64,000 nt of DNA from Mytilus californianus (taxonomy: Eukaryota): contig NW_026262581.1 in the NCBI RefSeq assembly GCF_021869535.1, positions 103,664,001 to 103,728,000 of the forward strand, given 5' to 3'. The notes beneath the pieces were generated by a model. The model did not search any database. It was given only the letters and a program-made list of their open reading frames with translations, and was not told the origin of the DNA. Below are positions 13,148 through 24,346 of the stretch, in pieces. Position 1 is the stretch's first letter; every line of letters starts with the position of its first letter. A program made the position numbers and the translations under genes.

Positions 13148-14130
13148 TTGTAATAATCATGGACATTGCTAACCATAGACTATTCAACCCCGTATCAACT
13201 ACAAAAAATGTACTTCCAAAAATGTGGAAAAACGTAATTATTTACAGTAGAAGTCGTCAATAAAGGTTTAGATGATATCAATATTAGCAATATTTTCCAC
13301 CAGAAATCTGTACAAAAAACTATAATAAAAATAAAGCCGCACCTGTAATTTCATATACTTACACCAAGTCTATTGCATCCAAGATTTTCAACCACAAGAT
13401 GTTTTAGAGGCCTTTAACCTCAAAGATGTGAAATCCAAACCTCCGGATTGCTCATGTGCATCGTCAAATTACAATTGAAGTCCAGCTGGTCATGTTATTA
13501 CTGGCGACCTTGGCATCTTTACCAATGAACAACTAAGAGAGTTGTTAGCCAAGGGACCAAAATATAGAATTCCCCAGCCCATCGACTGGAAAAGAACTTC
13601 AGGATACCGATGAATGCAGTTGAGGACTATGCTAGAAAATGAGTAAAGCGCAAACCAGACGAACCAGAACTGGACACTTTGTCTGAATGGATCAAAGCTT
13701 TTCGATCATGCATTCAGAAGCGCATTCAGAAACTACGATGTGCTATGAACACAAGGGTTTCTAACCCATTCAAGAACCCGGATGTTGTGGATGCGTTATC
13801 CTCTTTGCATGACACATATGTCGTTGTTCCAGCAGATAAAGCCTCCAATAATATTGTCTGTGTACTAGTATGTAAAAACCATTATTTGCAATGTCTCACA
13901 AAAGAGCTCGGAATAAACAGCACAACTGGTAATCCTACATATTCTTTAACATCATTTACAAAGGATGAAATTTTACAAAATCATCTGTCCTTCTTTCTTT
14001 TGGTATTAACATCAAAGAAATCGAAGAAAATCTATCGTCATCATACTGGATACTAAAACTTTACAAAACCCCGTATAAAGAACGATACATAGCTGGATCA
14101 TCAAGATGTTCGACTAAACAGATTTCTAAA

Positions 14131-15270
14131 GTGCTGACTACTATTCTTTCTACAGTAAAAGATGGCCTTCAAAAATATTGTGATGAGATATATTCAACCA
14201 GTTGTGTCAATCAGATGTGGATTCTCAAAAATTCTAAAGATCTACTGCTAGATCTTAGATCACAATCTCTACTATTTGGCAGCAACATTAAGACCTTTGA
14301 TTTTTCTACGCTTTACACTACTAACAGAGCTTTTTGTATAAAAATGGGAATCGTAGATATAAATTTCTTGTTTTGGGTTATAATAATTCTTATTTTGTGA
14401 AGAACCGCACTGATTCTATCAGAAAATACACTGAAGATGATATTATCAAAATGCTGGACTTTTTAATCGACAATATATTTGTTGAGTTTGGAAGACTGAT
14501 ATTTCAACAGACAGTCGGTATTCCAATGGGTACAAATTGTGCACCCCTTCTGGCCGACTTGTTTTTGTACTCATATGAAGCAGAATTCATTCAGAAAAGA
14601 GGGACGAAAGATGCCAGAGGGACAGTCAAACTCATAGATCGAAAACAAACTGACAACGCCATGGCCAAAAATAAAAAGACAAACAGACAAATAATAGTAC
14701 AGATGACACAACATAGAAAACCAAAGACTAAGCAACACGAACCCCACCAAAAACTGGGGGTGATCTCAGGTGCTCCGGAAGGGTAAGCAGACCCTGCTCC
14801 ACATGTGGCACCCGTCGTAAAACCTTCTAAAAGACAAAAAGAAAAAGCACCTTGCAAAATTCTATAATTTAACTTTCAGATATATTGATGATGTCCTATC
14901 ATTGAATAACCCATATTTCAGTCAGTACTTGCATCTCATATATCCCAGTGAACTTGAAATTAAGGTACTACTGGTACTAGAAGGACCGCTTCATACCTTG
15001 ATCTTTTCCTCAATATTGACACAGATGGACGGCTTTACACTAAAATCTATGACAAACGGGATGATTTTAACTTCCCAATTATCAATTTCCCATTTCTCAG
15101 CAGTAACATGCCCTCTGCTCCATCGTATGGTGTTTACATATCTCAATTGATACGTTATGCTCGTGCATGTTCACACTATACGGACTTCATATACAGGAGT
15201 GTGCTCCCTACGCAGAAACTGCTCCAACAGTGTTATGAGGAGTAAAGATTAAAAATGACAATCCGTAAAG
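14131..15270 (+). pseudogene. Penelope-type reverse transcriptase domain, frameshifted and interrupted at 14599-14818
   Basis: ORFs 14131..14400, 14334..14786 and 14902..15150. EFIQ before the insertion continues as NLLKDKKKKHLAKFYNLTFRYIDDVLSLNNP after it. Confidence 0.9.
14599..14818 (-). mobile_element. 220-bp 3'-end copy of a Penelope-like family inserted antisense into the RT
   Basis: GAGGGACGAAAGATGCC...GCTCCACATGTGGCACCCGTCGT matches the termini at 9865-10050 and 28363-28582. Flanked by AAAA on both sides; RT sequence resumes after it. Confidence 0.9.
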
Positions 15271-15660
15271 GTATCCAATACAGTGAAGGAATATCAAGTT
15301 CTTCATCTTTGGTTGAAATTCCAAAGGAACATAGAACAGACCTATGGTTATTCGGATTTCCTCTTTAATAAGTGTCGTTGGGGTATATGTTGAGTTTTCA
15401 AGTGAATTGTCAATACCTAATTCATTTACCAAGCAGTTTATGTAATGTTATTTACACACAAAAACGATATTGTTTGGGGCTTTATGTGCGGGGACAGCAA
15501 CATATTTGTCATGGAGGTAGGACAAGTGTTTTACAACATTTGGGTCTAAAAATATTGATTTGCATGGGTATTCATAGACCCATTTAGTTTTCTAATTCTG
15601 ATTTGTATCAACGACCTCACATCCTCAATCCATTCGGAAAGAGTATCTATGTAAGAAAGA
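15271..15660 (-). pseudogene. Penelope-like linker/pre-RT fragment from a second copy, inverted relative to the adjacent element
   Basis: ORF 15208..15432 NELGIDNSLENSTYTPTTL matches KELGINSTTGNPTYSLTS (13679 ORF). 15560-15650 gives DTLSEWIEDVRSLIQIRIRKLNGSMNT. Confidence 0.75.
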
Positions 15661-16359
15661 TGAAATGAAGATTATCATTGAACCTTATTAATTAGATACA
15701 ACAAATCTGTGTAGCAGAAGTTGCAATAAAAGGACTGCTGACTTCTTTCAATTTTTATAACCTACTGTTCCAACTACATCTGGATAATTCCGCTCGGTAT
15801 TCTAAAAAGTACTTTGTCTGAATCAATGGAGTTGACCAATACGTAAGTATTTTGTCTTCCTAAAACATGATTCCTGTCATCCTGAATTCAAAGCCAGTAT
15901 AAGTTTTATTTCTTATAACAAATAATGTCTGTGTTTATACATTCACTGTATTTGATAAATGCTCCTAAATAAAATATAAAATATAAACACAATATGTACG
16001 TGACATAGGAACGGGAAATTCACTATTCAAAAATTACGATTGGAGCAATCAAAGTAAAGACAAAATAATATAACAAATACAAACTCGAACCCCACTCAAA
16101 CAATAAGTGAGATCAGGTGGTCAGGACGGGTGAGTAGTTCTGTTCCATTTAAATGTATTTTGGTTATATTAAAGTAATACGGACGCCATCACGATTTGGG
16201 TGACCGTCATGGAATATCTGTGTCACAGATAAAACGGATGTGTTGTTGCAACCACAATGCCGTTCTCTTTTACTCAATTGCGACATCAGTGAATAAGTAC
16301 CATTGTCGAATTTGTACTTACAACGCACAAAGTGCCACAATTGGGCATAAACAGAACAG

Positions 16360-16766
16360 GGGGTTGAAAATCCTTAATATTTCGAACAATTAAAAATTTT
16401 GTAAACATTTAATTTATTAATATCATCATATCAATGATAATTCATGAAAACACAGAAGTACTAACTTGGCTTGTGAAACCCTCGGGGAGGAACCCTGCAC
16501 CAACAGTGACATCGACCCAGTCGCTGTAAAAAAATCATCATAGATATCAGGCTTATAATTTTGTATGCCAGACGCACGTTTCGTCTACAAACGACTCATC
16601 AGTGACGTTAAAATAAAAAGTGTTAACAGGCTAAATAAAGTACGAAGTTGAAGAGCATTGAGGACCAAAAATTCCGAGATATTTTGCCAAATACAGCAAT
16701 CTGTTAATGGGGTAGAACATCCTTAGTATTTCGAACAATTCAAAGTTTTGTAAACAGTTAATTTAA
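16360..16766 (-). mobile_element. Retrozyme family 1: one complete ~349-nt unit with terminal redundancy
   Basis: CCTTA(A/G)TATTTCGAACAATT.AAA.TTTTGTAAACA.TTAATTTA recurs at 16372 and 16721 (period 349). The unit contains a hammerhead. Confidence 0.85.
16565..16608 (-). ncRNA. Type I hammerhead ribozyme, catalytic core intact
   Basis: Minus strand ACGUCA-CUGAUGA-GUC(GUUUGUA)GAC-GAAA-C(GUGC)GUC-UGGCAU: stem I 5/6 pairs, stem II 3 bp, minimal stem III, GUC cleavage triplet. Confidence 0.85.
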
Positions 16767-17059
16767 CGTTCATACCCTCTGCCTAGTCGTATGCCGTTAA
16801 CATATCGTAATTTATACGTTGCGCTTTCACATGTTTACAAAATATTGATTTCATTAACATCATTCTCCTTTCACAAACATTGCTTCAACTGAGTTATGAA
16901 GAAGAACGACTGAAATCGACATGACATCAATTTAACGGTCACCGCCATTAATTTGGTTAACCATACAAAATGACAGTGTCTCAACTCACTAGCGATATGT
17001 TTCCACAGTCTTAGATCTTTAGATTCCAGAACAGTCGCCTGGTGTGTAAATTTAGCGAT

Positions 17060-17222
17060 TGTGTCCCATTCCCAATTGTAACATTTTTTTTATTGTGGGT
17101 TCGCATGGTATGTCTCGCTACTTTTGGAGATTCCCTCAGTTATGTTTGTTACCTTAATGTGTTTCTTAATCGATTTACGAGATTTGAACATCGGTTAACT
17201 ACTGTTGACTTAATTAAGAAGT
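17060..17222. repeat. Dispersed repeat family B copy (class unknown)
   Basis: Ends AATCGATTTACGAGATTTGAACATCGGTTAACTACTGTTGACTTAATT, similar to 25710-25752 and to the reverse complement at 24588-24615. Confidence 0.55.
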
Positions 17223-18129
17223 TGTAATACAATGTATTAGTAGCTACAGTTAACAATATCCATAAATTTGGCCACAAGCTTTTACTTGGCAAAATTGTAA
17301 TTGGAATATCTTATCTTTTAAGAATCTACTTCAGTTGATGCTAAAATGAATATACAGACTAAACAAACATACATCACTCCCAGATTCGTCAAGGCGTTAA
17401 CTTCTAGTAAATAATTTCTCTAATTGCTGTAGAATTTAGTGAAAAAAAGCATCTTGTAGAGAAATCAAAATGGTAATAGTAAATTAGTAACAAACATTCT
17501 TGACATGACACACAGTGTACTAGTGGCAAATTGTTAATCAATGTCCTTTTCCAGTGTTGATGTCTTAAGAGAAACCAATAAGGTTATACCATATGAGTTC
17601 TAAGTCTCAAGGAAGTCAGCACTTTAAGTAGTGCAAAAAAAGTACTGTAGGAAATTGCACTAACAAAAGTTTGCTCCTTTCTCTGGTTTGAATGAAAGAC
17701 TACATTGTTAGCACAATTAAGATTTTCATGAGATCAATATGTGATGTTGATTTCTAAATTGCTAATAAATCGCTATTTGCAAAACAATAATAGTTATTAT
17801 CTTTAAATATTATAACTATTTATAAGGCACAGAATTGTTTATGTAAAAAAATTAGAAAGTTTATCCAATGCATTTCAGGACCTTATTCAAAGAATAGATT
17901 ACTCGTGTCTATCAAATGAGAATTGGAAGTAAGGGTTACATCCCTTAAAACAATTGCAAAATCTTTACAAAAAAATATATTCCAGCTGATTTTCTTTCTC
18001 TATTTATTATAGAAGAGATTATTTATTATTAAAGAACATGTTTCTAAAGGAACTTTATAAAAAGAAAAACAAAAATCAAAGGCATTTACTATTATGAGTC
18101 TCAACCATCATCTGTATTTACAAACTTCT

Positions 18130-18262
18130 TTGGTTTTCTATGTTGTGTTTTGTGTACTGTTGTTTGTCTGTTTGTCTGTTTCTTTTTTAGCCATTGCGGT
18201 GTCAGTTTATTTTCGACTGATGAGTTTGAAAGTCCCTTTGGTATCCTTCGTCTCTTTTTTTC
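18130..18262 (+). mobile_element. Penelope-like family 3'-end fragment
   Basis: TTTCTATGTTGTGTTTTGTGTACTG...GTCAGTTTATTTTCGAC.GATGAGTTTGAA.GTCCCTTTGGTATC, matching 28450-28582. Confidence 0.8.
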
Positions 18263-18839
18263 TAACAATTCAAAAGTCAAACCGGCAGCCGTTAGGTAAG
18301 TGTTGTTCCTTTTGAACGTGCATTACTAGCCATGGTCACTTGCTGCAGTCCTCCTGTACTAGTAATTCCAAATACGAATTGTCAAGTTTGGTTGTATGGT
18401 ACAAACTGAAAATAGGTACAAAGTATTTATGTAGAAGCTTGCCGTAACATTAACAGTGAAGTCACAGTAAGATATCCTGTTTTATTCAATTTGTTTAACA
18501 CTTGGTCGTTGTATCAAAAGTTAATTTTCCGTGAAATTAGTTCGCAGCAGGTTCATTTTCAGAGTCCTTAAAATGCAATTTAATAGTTTTTTTTTTAAAG
18601 TTTGAGCACAAAAAAAATAGTAATCGCAGGGAAATTCAAAACAAAAACGAAAGAAAAAAAAAGTTGTTAAAGTCTTTTACAATTCTGGTTCTGTATGAAT
18701 AAAATATTTTCTTTATGGATATTTGAAAAATGTTTAAATTTTTAAAGTATGATGTTTATACTCCCATATATTCACTTGGTTTAATTAATTTCGTGATTTT
18801 GATTCTGCTAGATAAAAAATGGATTTGTTCTCTTTTGTA

Positions 18840-19500
18840 TGAAATAGCTACACATTTATTAAGATATCGCATGACATGAAATAAGTTTTATTAAAGAGAG
18901 GCGGAATATACCAAAGAGATAGTCAAATTCATAAGTCGAAACTGACAATGCCCAGGGGAAAAACGAAAAAAGACCTAAAGACAAATAAAAGTATAAAAAA
19001 CACAACATAGACAACGAAAGACTGAGGGAGTGACCTCAGATGCTCTGGAAGGGTAAGCAGATCCTGTTCCACAAATGTCATATGTTGTGTTGTTCATTCT
19101 AGTACAATCCGGTGATAAGTCTAATTCTGTAGTTTACTTTAAAGACAGAGAGAACGGGGTTGTGGCTTTGAATGAAATTGTTACACATTTATTAAGATAT
19201 CACATGATATGAATTAAGTTTCATTAAAGAGAGGCAGAAGATACCAAAGGGATAGACAAATTCATAAGTCGAAACTGAAAATGGCCAGGGAAAAAACGAA
19301 AAAAGACCTAAAAACAAAAGTATAAAAAAACACAACACAGAAAACTATAGACTGAGGGGGTGGCCCCCAATGCTCTGGAAGGGTGTGCAGATCCTGTTCC
19401 ACATATGTCACCGTCATGTTGTTCATTTTAGTACAAATCTGGCGATAAGTCTAATTCGGTAGGTCACTTTAAAGACAAAGGGAACCGGGTTGTAGTTAAA
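18840..19500 (-). repeat. Old tandem duplication (period 333 bp) of a Penelope 3'-end copy plus ~55 bp of flank; second copy extends to ~19650
   Basis: TGAAAT.G.TACACATTTATTAAGATATC.CATGA starts at 18840 and 19173. The two units share deletions relative to other copies. Confidence 0.85.
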
Positions 19501-20719
19501 ACAATTGGAAGTAATCTGTCGTCATCTGTGAAAACAGATATCCCATAACGGTTAACAAACTCGTGTTCGTCCGTAAAATTTTCGATGAAAATGACTTCGA
19601 CTTCATCGCTTATAACTCTTAGTTTGATAGCTTTATTCTAAGCAGCAACCTCAAAAGATCAATGTACAACATTATAAGATTCGTTTGAATGTTTTTTTTT
19701 TATTATTGTGGAAGCTATCTGTCCTCTTCTATGTGAGATGTATTACCTCCAAACGACCTTTGCTTAGTTTTTATAACTTTTAAAACTGGTGGCATTGCTT
19801 CTAGTTGGATAAAAAAAAACTAAATAGAAAACAACAGCTCAGTTTGGATGTATAACAATCAGGATATTACACTGGGCAAAAATCAATTTGAATTTTTTTT
19901 CTAAATGTGCTTTTATCTAGATACAAAGCAATTACATCTGACTAAAAAAAAAGTCTGGACTCATTACATTTAATTAGACTGATCCTTTAAGATATTTCTA
20001 AGGCATCAATATCATGAACGATTTCGGGTAATTATTCCAAACAAAATTTGGCAACTCCAATCTGTTTTTTAGATATTCTTTATTCAGCGCTTTAAATTTA
20101 GTCAGAAGTAGCAGGTTGTGATTCTGAATAAAACGCCGAGTTCCTCTTTCAAGAGTTTTAAAATTGTGTAACTGAATTATTTGACATTTGAATGTTCATG
20201 ACTGCGCTTAGATCAAAAGTGACAAGTAACATCGAGATTCCAGATTATAGTACGTTCATACCTACTATTCCTTTAAAAAATAAAGTATATGACCACACTT
20301 CAACAACGATTATACTTAATTCTGTTAGCACTAAATCTCACAACAAACCTTACACATTTCGTTTTATATCTGCATCCAGTAAATGTTGAACAAACAAAAT
20401 TATGTTCTTTTGACTTGCGCCCATTGAACCGCGAAAGAACTTGTTTTCCAATATGTTTGCATACATTATGTTCATAACGATATTTGATAAGTTATGCTCC
20501 TTTGGGAGGTTGTCTTCGTTGACAGCTATAATTTTGCTGTTCATGTTATATGCTACCTAATAATCTTATCAGACAGAATGTTTCCTATTTAAAAATGGTC
20601 TTTAGATAATCTGGGTTAATTATATAATGTATAGTCAATACACTTCTTTTCTGGTAACAAAACATAAGAAATACACTAATCGCCTATGCAAAAAAAAATA
20701 TCAAAGCCACTAAACTTTG

Positions 20720-21270
20720 CTTAAATGGTGATTGGTACTTTTATATGGACGTATTATGTGCTACTGATCGCATATCTGATCCTTAAACGTTAATGTTGAT
20801 GGTTTTACTTTACATAAAGACTATGAAAGACCGCTTGGTAGATATTTTTAATAACACATGGAGAAATTAATGAGACGTATTCTCTATCAGCAAATGTATT
20901 TATCCACTTTCAAAATACTATTACGGGATATAGTGTGTTAAAAGTAACCTTAAAAATATTTTGTTTATAACTTGCTAATAGAACTTCTCATGGTAATCTT
21001 CTAACAAACGACTATGACAAACGGGACGTGACGTCTTTCATTTGTAATGTAAATTGTCTTTTTTGGTAGTGATGTTCCGTTGGCTTCTTCGTATGAAATG
21101 TGGATTTCTCCATTGGTTGGATTTGCACGTGTTTGGGGTGACGTCTAAGATTTCAATGTACGTAAAATGATCACCACTAAACAACAGAGATATAAATATC
21201 ATAGATTGGTCAAAACATTTACTCAATTTTATCCCGAATATAGGGATTTATTGTAAAAGTATGATCACAC
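20720..21270 (+). pseudogene. Highly degraded Penelope-like RT fragment
   Basis: FNNTWR.*DVFSI (~20850), YDKRD (21013) and SDVPLASSY...FARV (21067-21135) are recognisable across frameshifts. Confidence 0.6.
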
Positions 21271-22087
21271 CCACATGAATTAGATAGTAAGTTGTACTAG
21301 TACGTGTCTTTATATCCAGCTTCTTACGGCAATACAAGGTTTTTGTCCTGCATATCTTTCTAATCAGCATATGTTTGGGATAAAAAAAAATCAATTCGCA
21401 ATATATAATTTTAAACAAGATTGAAATTTGTCTACGACTTTTCTGTATTGGTATTCCATACAAATTGACTCTGGGCACTTCACCTGCACTGTGTATGACG
21501 TTGTGTAAAAAAACCTACTCCGAAATACAGACTTCGATATTAGAGCAATGGACGGTATGATTCATATCAGCGGGTTAAATCCTTCAAGTGGAGCTTGCTT
21601 TCAGATTCCGTGACCATTCTTTGATACGATATTAGTGTTTCGCCTGTATCTGTTAAACCGGTTTTACGTAAATAAATGGGCATTTTTGTAGGCTGATTTT
21701 TATTGTACGTTTTTCTGTGTATCTTTTTGTTTTATTCCAATGTATCCCAAAATATCACGATACGCAACAGGACAAAATAGGCAAATTTCAAAATCAGATG
21801 AATATTCTGGTGTAAATGATCCATGTTATGAGTTGAGTCACAGATAAATTGTATCGGTCAACAAATTTGTATTTGTGACTGCAAAACTTGTGTAGATTCG
21901 ATTTTAGTCTTCCTCCCTCATAACTCCGTTAGAGCAGTGTTGGGCACATTCCCTACCAGAGACTGTACAATGTGAACATGCATTCATGTAACGTATTAAT
22001 CGAGAACACAGTACGTTGGGGCAGAAGGTATGTGTCTAATGAGAAAGGGGAAATTGATTGTTTCTATATATAGATCAATAACTTATA

Positions 22088-22165
22088 CATCCTTTGTTTT
22101 CAAACTTTCGGGTTTGATCGTTCCTGATGAACGTTAATCCAGTAATGCGCACCGGACGCACCAAG
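22088..22165 (+). ncRNA. Degenerate hammerhead-like motif, family 3
   Basis: TCGTTC-CTGATGA-ACGTTAATCCA-GTAA-TGCGCACC-GGACGC. Same frame as 63222-63263 but GAAA is mutated to GTAA. Confidence 0.55.
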
Positions 22166-23707
22166 TTTTCATTTTGTTTTTGAAAAAAAACGGTAGTACT
22201 GTTTCATAAAGATTTTGATTAAAATATCTAGGTGAGCCTGCCATATTTTGTTCTTTTTTTATTCATTGTAAATTTGCAATTGTTGAAGACTATAATATGT
22301 TTACCCCTAGATGTATTTGGTTTATTGTATCGTTGAGTACTATCTCGATGATGTATACCCAATATATTCTTTTATTCATACAATTCCTTTGAGAGAATTG
22401 TTCAGACCAATTCTCTGTTTCAGTGAAAATTTCCTTGCATTTATTAGTATCACCAGATTCTGTAGTGAAAATCATAAGACAGTCACCTTTACGAATTTTA
22501 AATGAACCCATAAGGCTTTAAAAAAATTTGACTCGTCTTGTTGCTAATGACAAGTAAAAATTTCAATGGCAATTCTTGAACAATAACAGGACGACAGGAT
22601 TATGCCAATTATAAATGGCAGATACGTGTAGGCAATTGAGAGATATACACTCCATGTGCAGGTTCAACTTAAAAATTTGCTACAGAAAATGAAAGTTTTG
22701 ATATGAACTAGAGTCATATATTTTTTTATTATCAAAACAATTGCAAAAGGATTTACATTTGATTGTTTCACTTGAATATACACTTGCATTGAATGCATGG
22801 AGATCTAATTACAGTAAATAAACTATTATTATTACAAATTTGTCATCATGTATTGAACGACCATGCAGCAAAATAGAAATAATGATAAAAACAATAAAAC
22901 GATAAATAATTAATGGAAACACCATAACATATAACCGAGTTTACAGTCATCGTAGTGATGAAACTATGTAAATGAACCTCTACAAATCAATATAATGCCT
23001 CATTGAAGATTAAAGTGAGTAATACAACAGACATTACATTGAATGAACATGTGCAACAATTACAGAACAAGCACATCGAATTGGTTGAGGAAAACGTGCT
23101 ATCTTGCTACGTGTCAAATGAATTTCCAATGAATGAACAGTAACTGATAAAAGAACAAACCGAAAGAAACTATACTGACAATGCATAAAATTTGATTACT
23201 TGGCCCTATTCAACACATCAACGTTACTGTGCAATAGCGTTTACTACAATCACAAGTACAAGTACTTTGTAAATTTCGAAAAGCTTCTCAACTGTCTTAA
23301 AAATTTAACAAATGACATAATTCAAACAATGTTACAGTTGCACCCACAATGGCGAAGATCGTGTAGTGAAAACAGAAGATATGTTCAGTGGGCATGTTAG
23401 CAAGCGGTAATTGAGGATAATGAGCACTTGGTACCGCCGCAATGGTCAAATATGATATAATTAAGTTTTTGCCCCTACCCTTAACTTTCAGGGAAGAAAA
23501 AAAAAAGGAATTAAAAAGAAGCACACAAAACAAAAGGCATAAAAAGCAGTAATAAATCTTAAAAAGAAACAGAAGATAACAAGGGCACATTCAAAAACCA
23601 TACGTAGAAGAAAAGCAGAAAATGCCAAGGTCAAAAAGAAAACGATAACAAAACAATCGGTAGTCTACCAAACACTTCACCGAAAAGTAAAGATTTAGCA
23701 CCACTTG

Positions 23708-24346
23708 CCTCACAAGAATAACTGAGGATTATCTCATGTTCTCTGGAAGGTTCAGTCATCCTGTTCTTCTAGTGTTATCCGCCGTGTTACCCCTCACAAA
23801 GAATAACTGAGGATTAACTCATGTTCTCTGGAAGGGTCAGTCATCCTATTCGTCTAGTGTTATCCGCCGTGTTACCCCTCACAAAGAATAACTGAGGATA
23901 AACTCATGTCCTCTGGAAGGGTCAGCCATCCTATTCGTCTAGTGTTATCCGCCGTGTTACCCCTCACAAAGAATAACTTGAGATTAACTCATGTTCTCTG
24001 GAAGGGTCAGTCATCCTGTTCTTCAAGTGTTATCCGCCGTGTTACTCATCACAAAGAATAACTGAGGATTAACTCATGTTCTCTGGAAGGGTCAGTCATC
24101 CTGTTCTTCAAGTGTTATCCACCTCACAAAGAATAACTGAGGATTCACTCATGTTCTCTGGAAGGGTCAGTCATCCTGTTCTTCTAGTGTTATCCACAGT
24201 GTTACCCCTCACAAAGAATAACTGAGGATTCACTCATGTTCTCTGGAAGGGTCGGTCATCCTATTCTCAAAGTGTTATCCGCCGTGTTACTCATCACAAA
24301 GAATAACCGAGGATTAACTCATGTTCTCTGGAAGGGTCAGGCATCC
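23708..24346. repeat. 85-bp minisatellite, ~7.6 units, derived from a Penelope 3'-end repeat
   Basis: Unit starts at 23708, 23792, 23877, 23962, 24047, 24122, 24207, 24292. Core CTCATGTTCTCTGGAAGGGTCAG...TCCTGTTC resembles CTCAGGTGCTCCGGAAGGGTAAGCAGA.CCTGCTCC. 23565-23705 is the adjoining part of the same repeat. Confidence 0.92.

Larger units (their letters stand above)
12460..15270 (+). mobile_element. Decayed Penelope-like retroelement with N-terminal GIY-YIG endonuclease and downstream RT (Naiad/Chlamys-type)
   Basis: GIY-YIG ORF 12530..13147, frameshifted linker, then RT motifs IKTFDFSTLYT, GIPMGTNCAPLLADLFLY, FRYIDDVL, YDKRDDFNF, YISQLIRYARAC in order on one strand. Multiple frameshifts and stops. 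Confidence 0.85.

Noticed and set aside
13476-13642. In-frame TGA codons as selenocysteine (some Naiads are reported to encode selenoproteins)
   Set aside because: TGA at 13476 aligns with Tyr/Phe in the paralogous fragments (PYKYSPDGH, PFIFNPTVH) and TGA at 13640 fits a Trp TGG>TGA change. The copy has many frameshifts, so these are ordinary nonsense mutations.
18215-18240. CTGATGAGTTTGAAAGTC as a minimal hammerhead
   Set aside because: No stem II or stem I/III pairing. Paralogous copies read CTTATGAGTTTGAATG, so the core-like match is a chance mutation.
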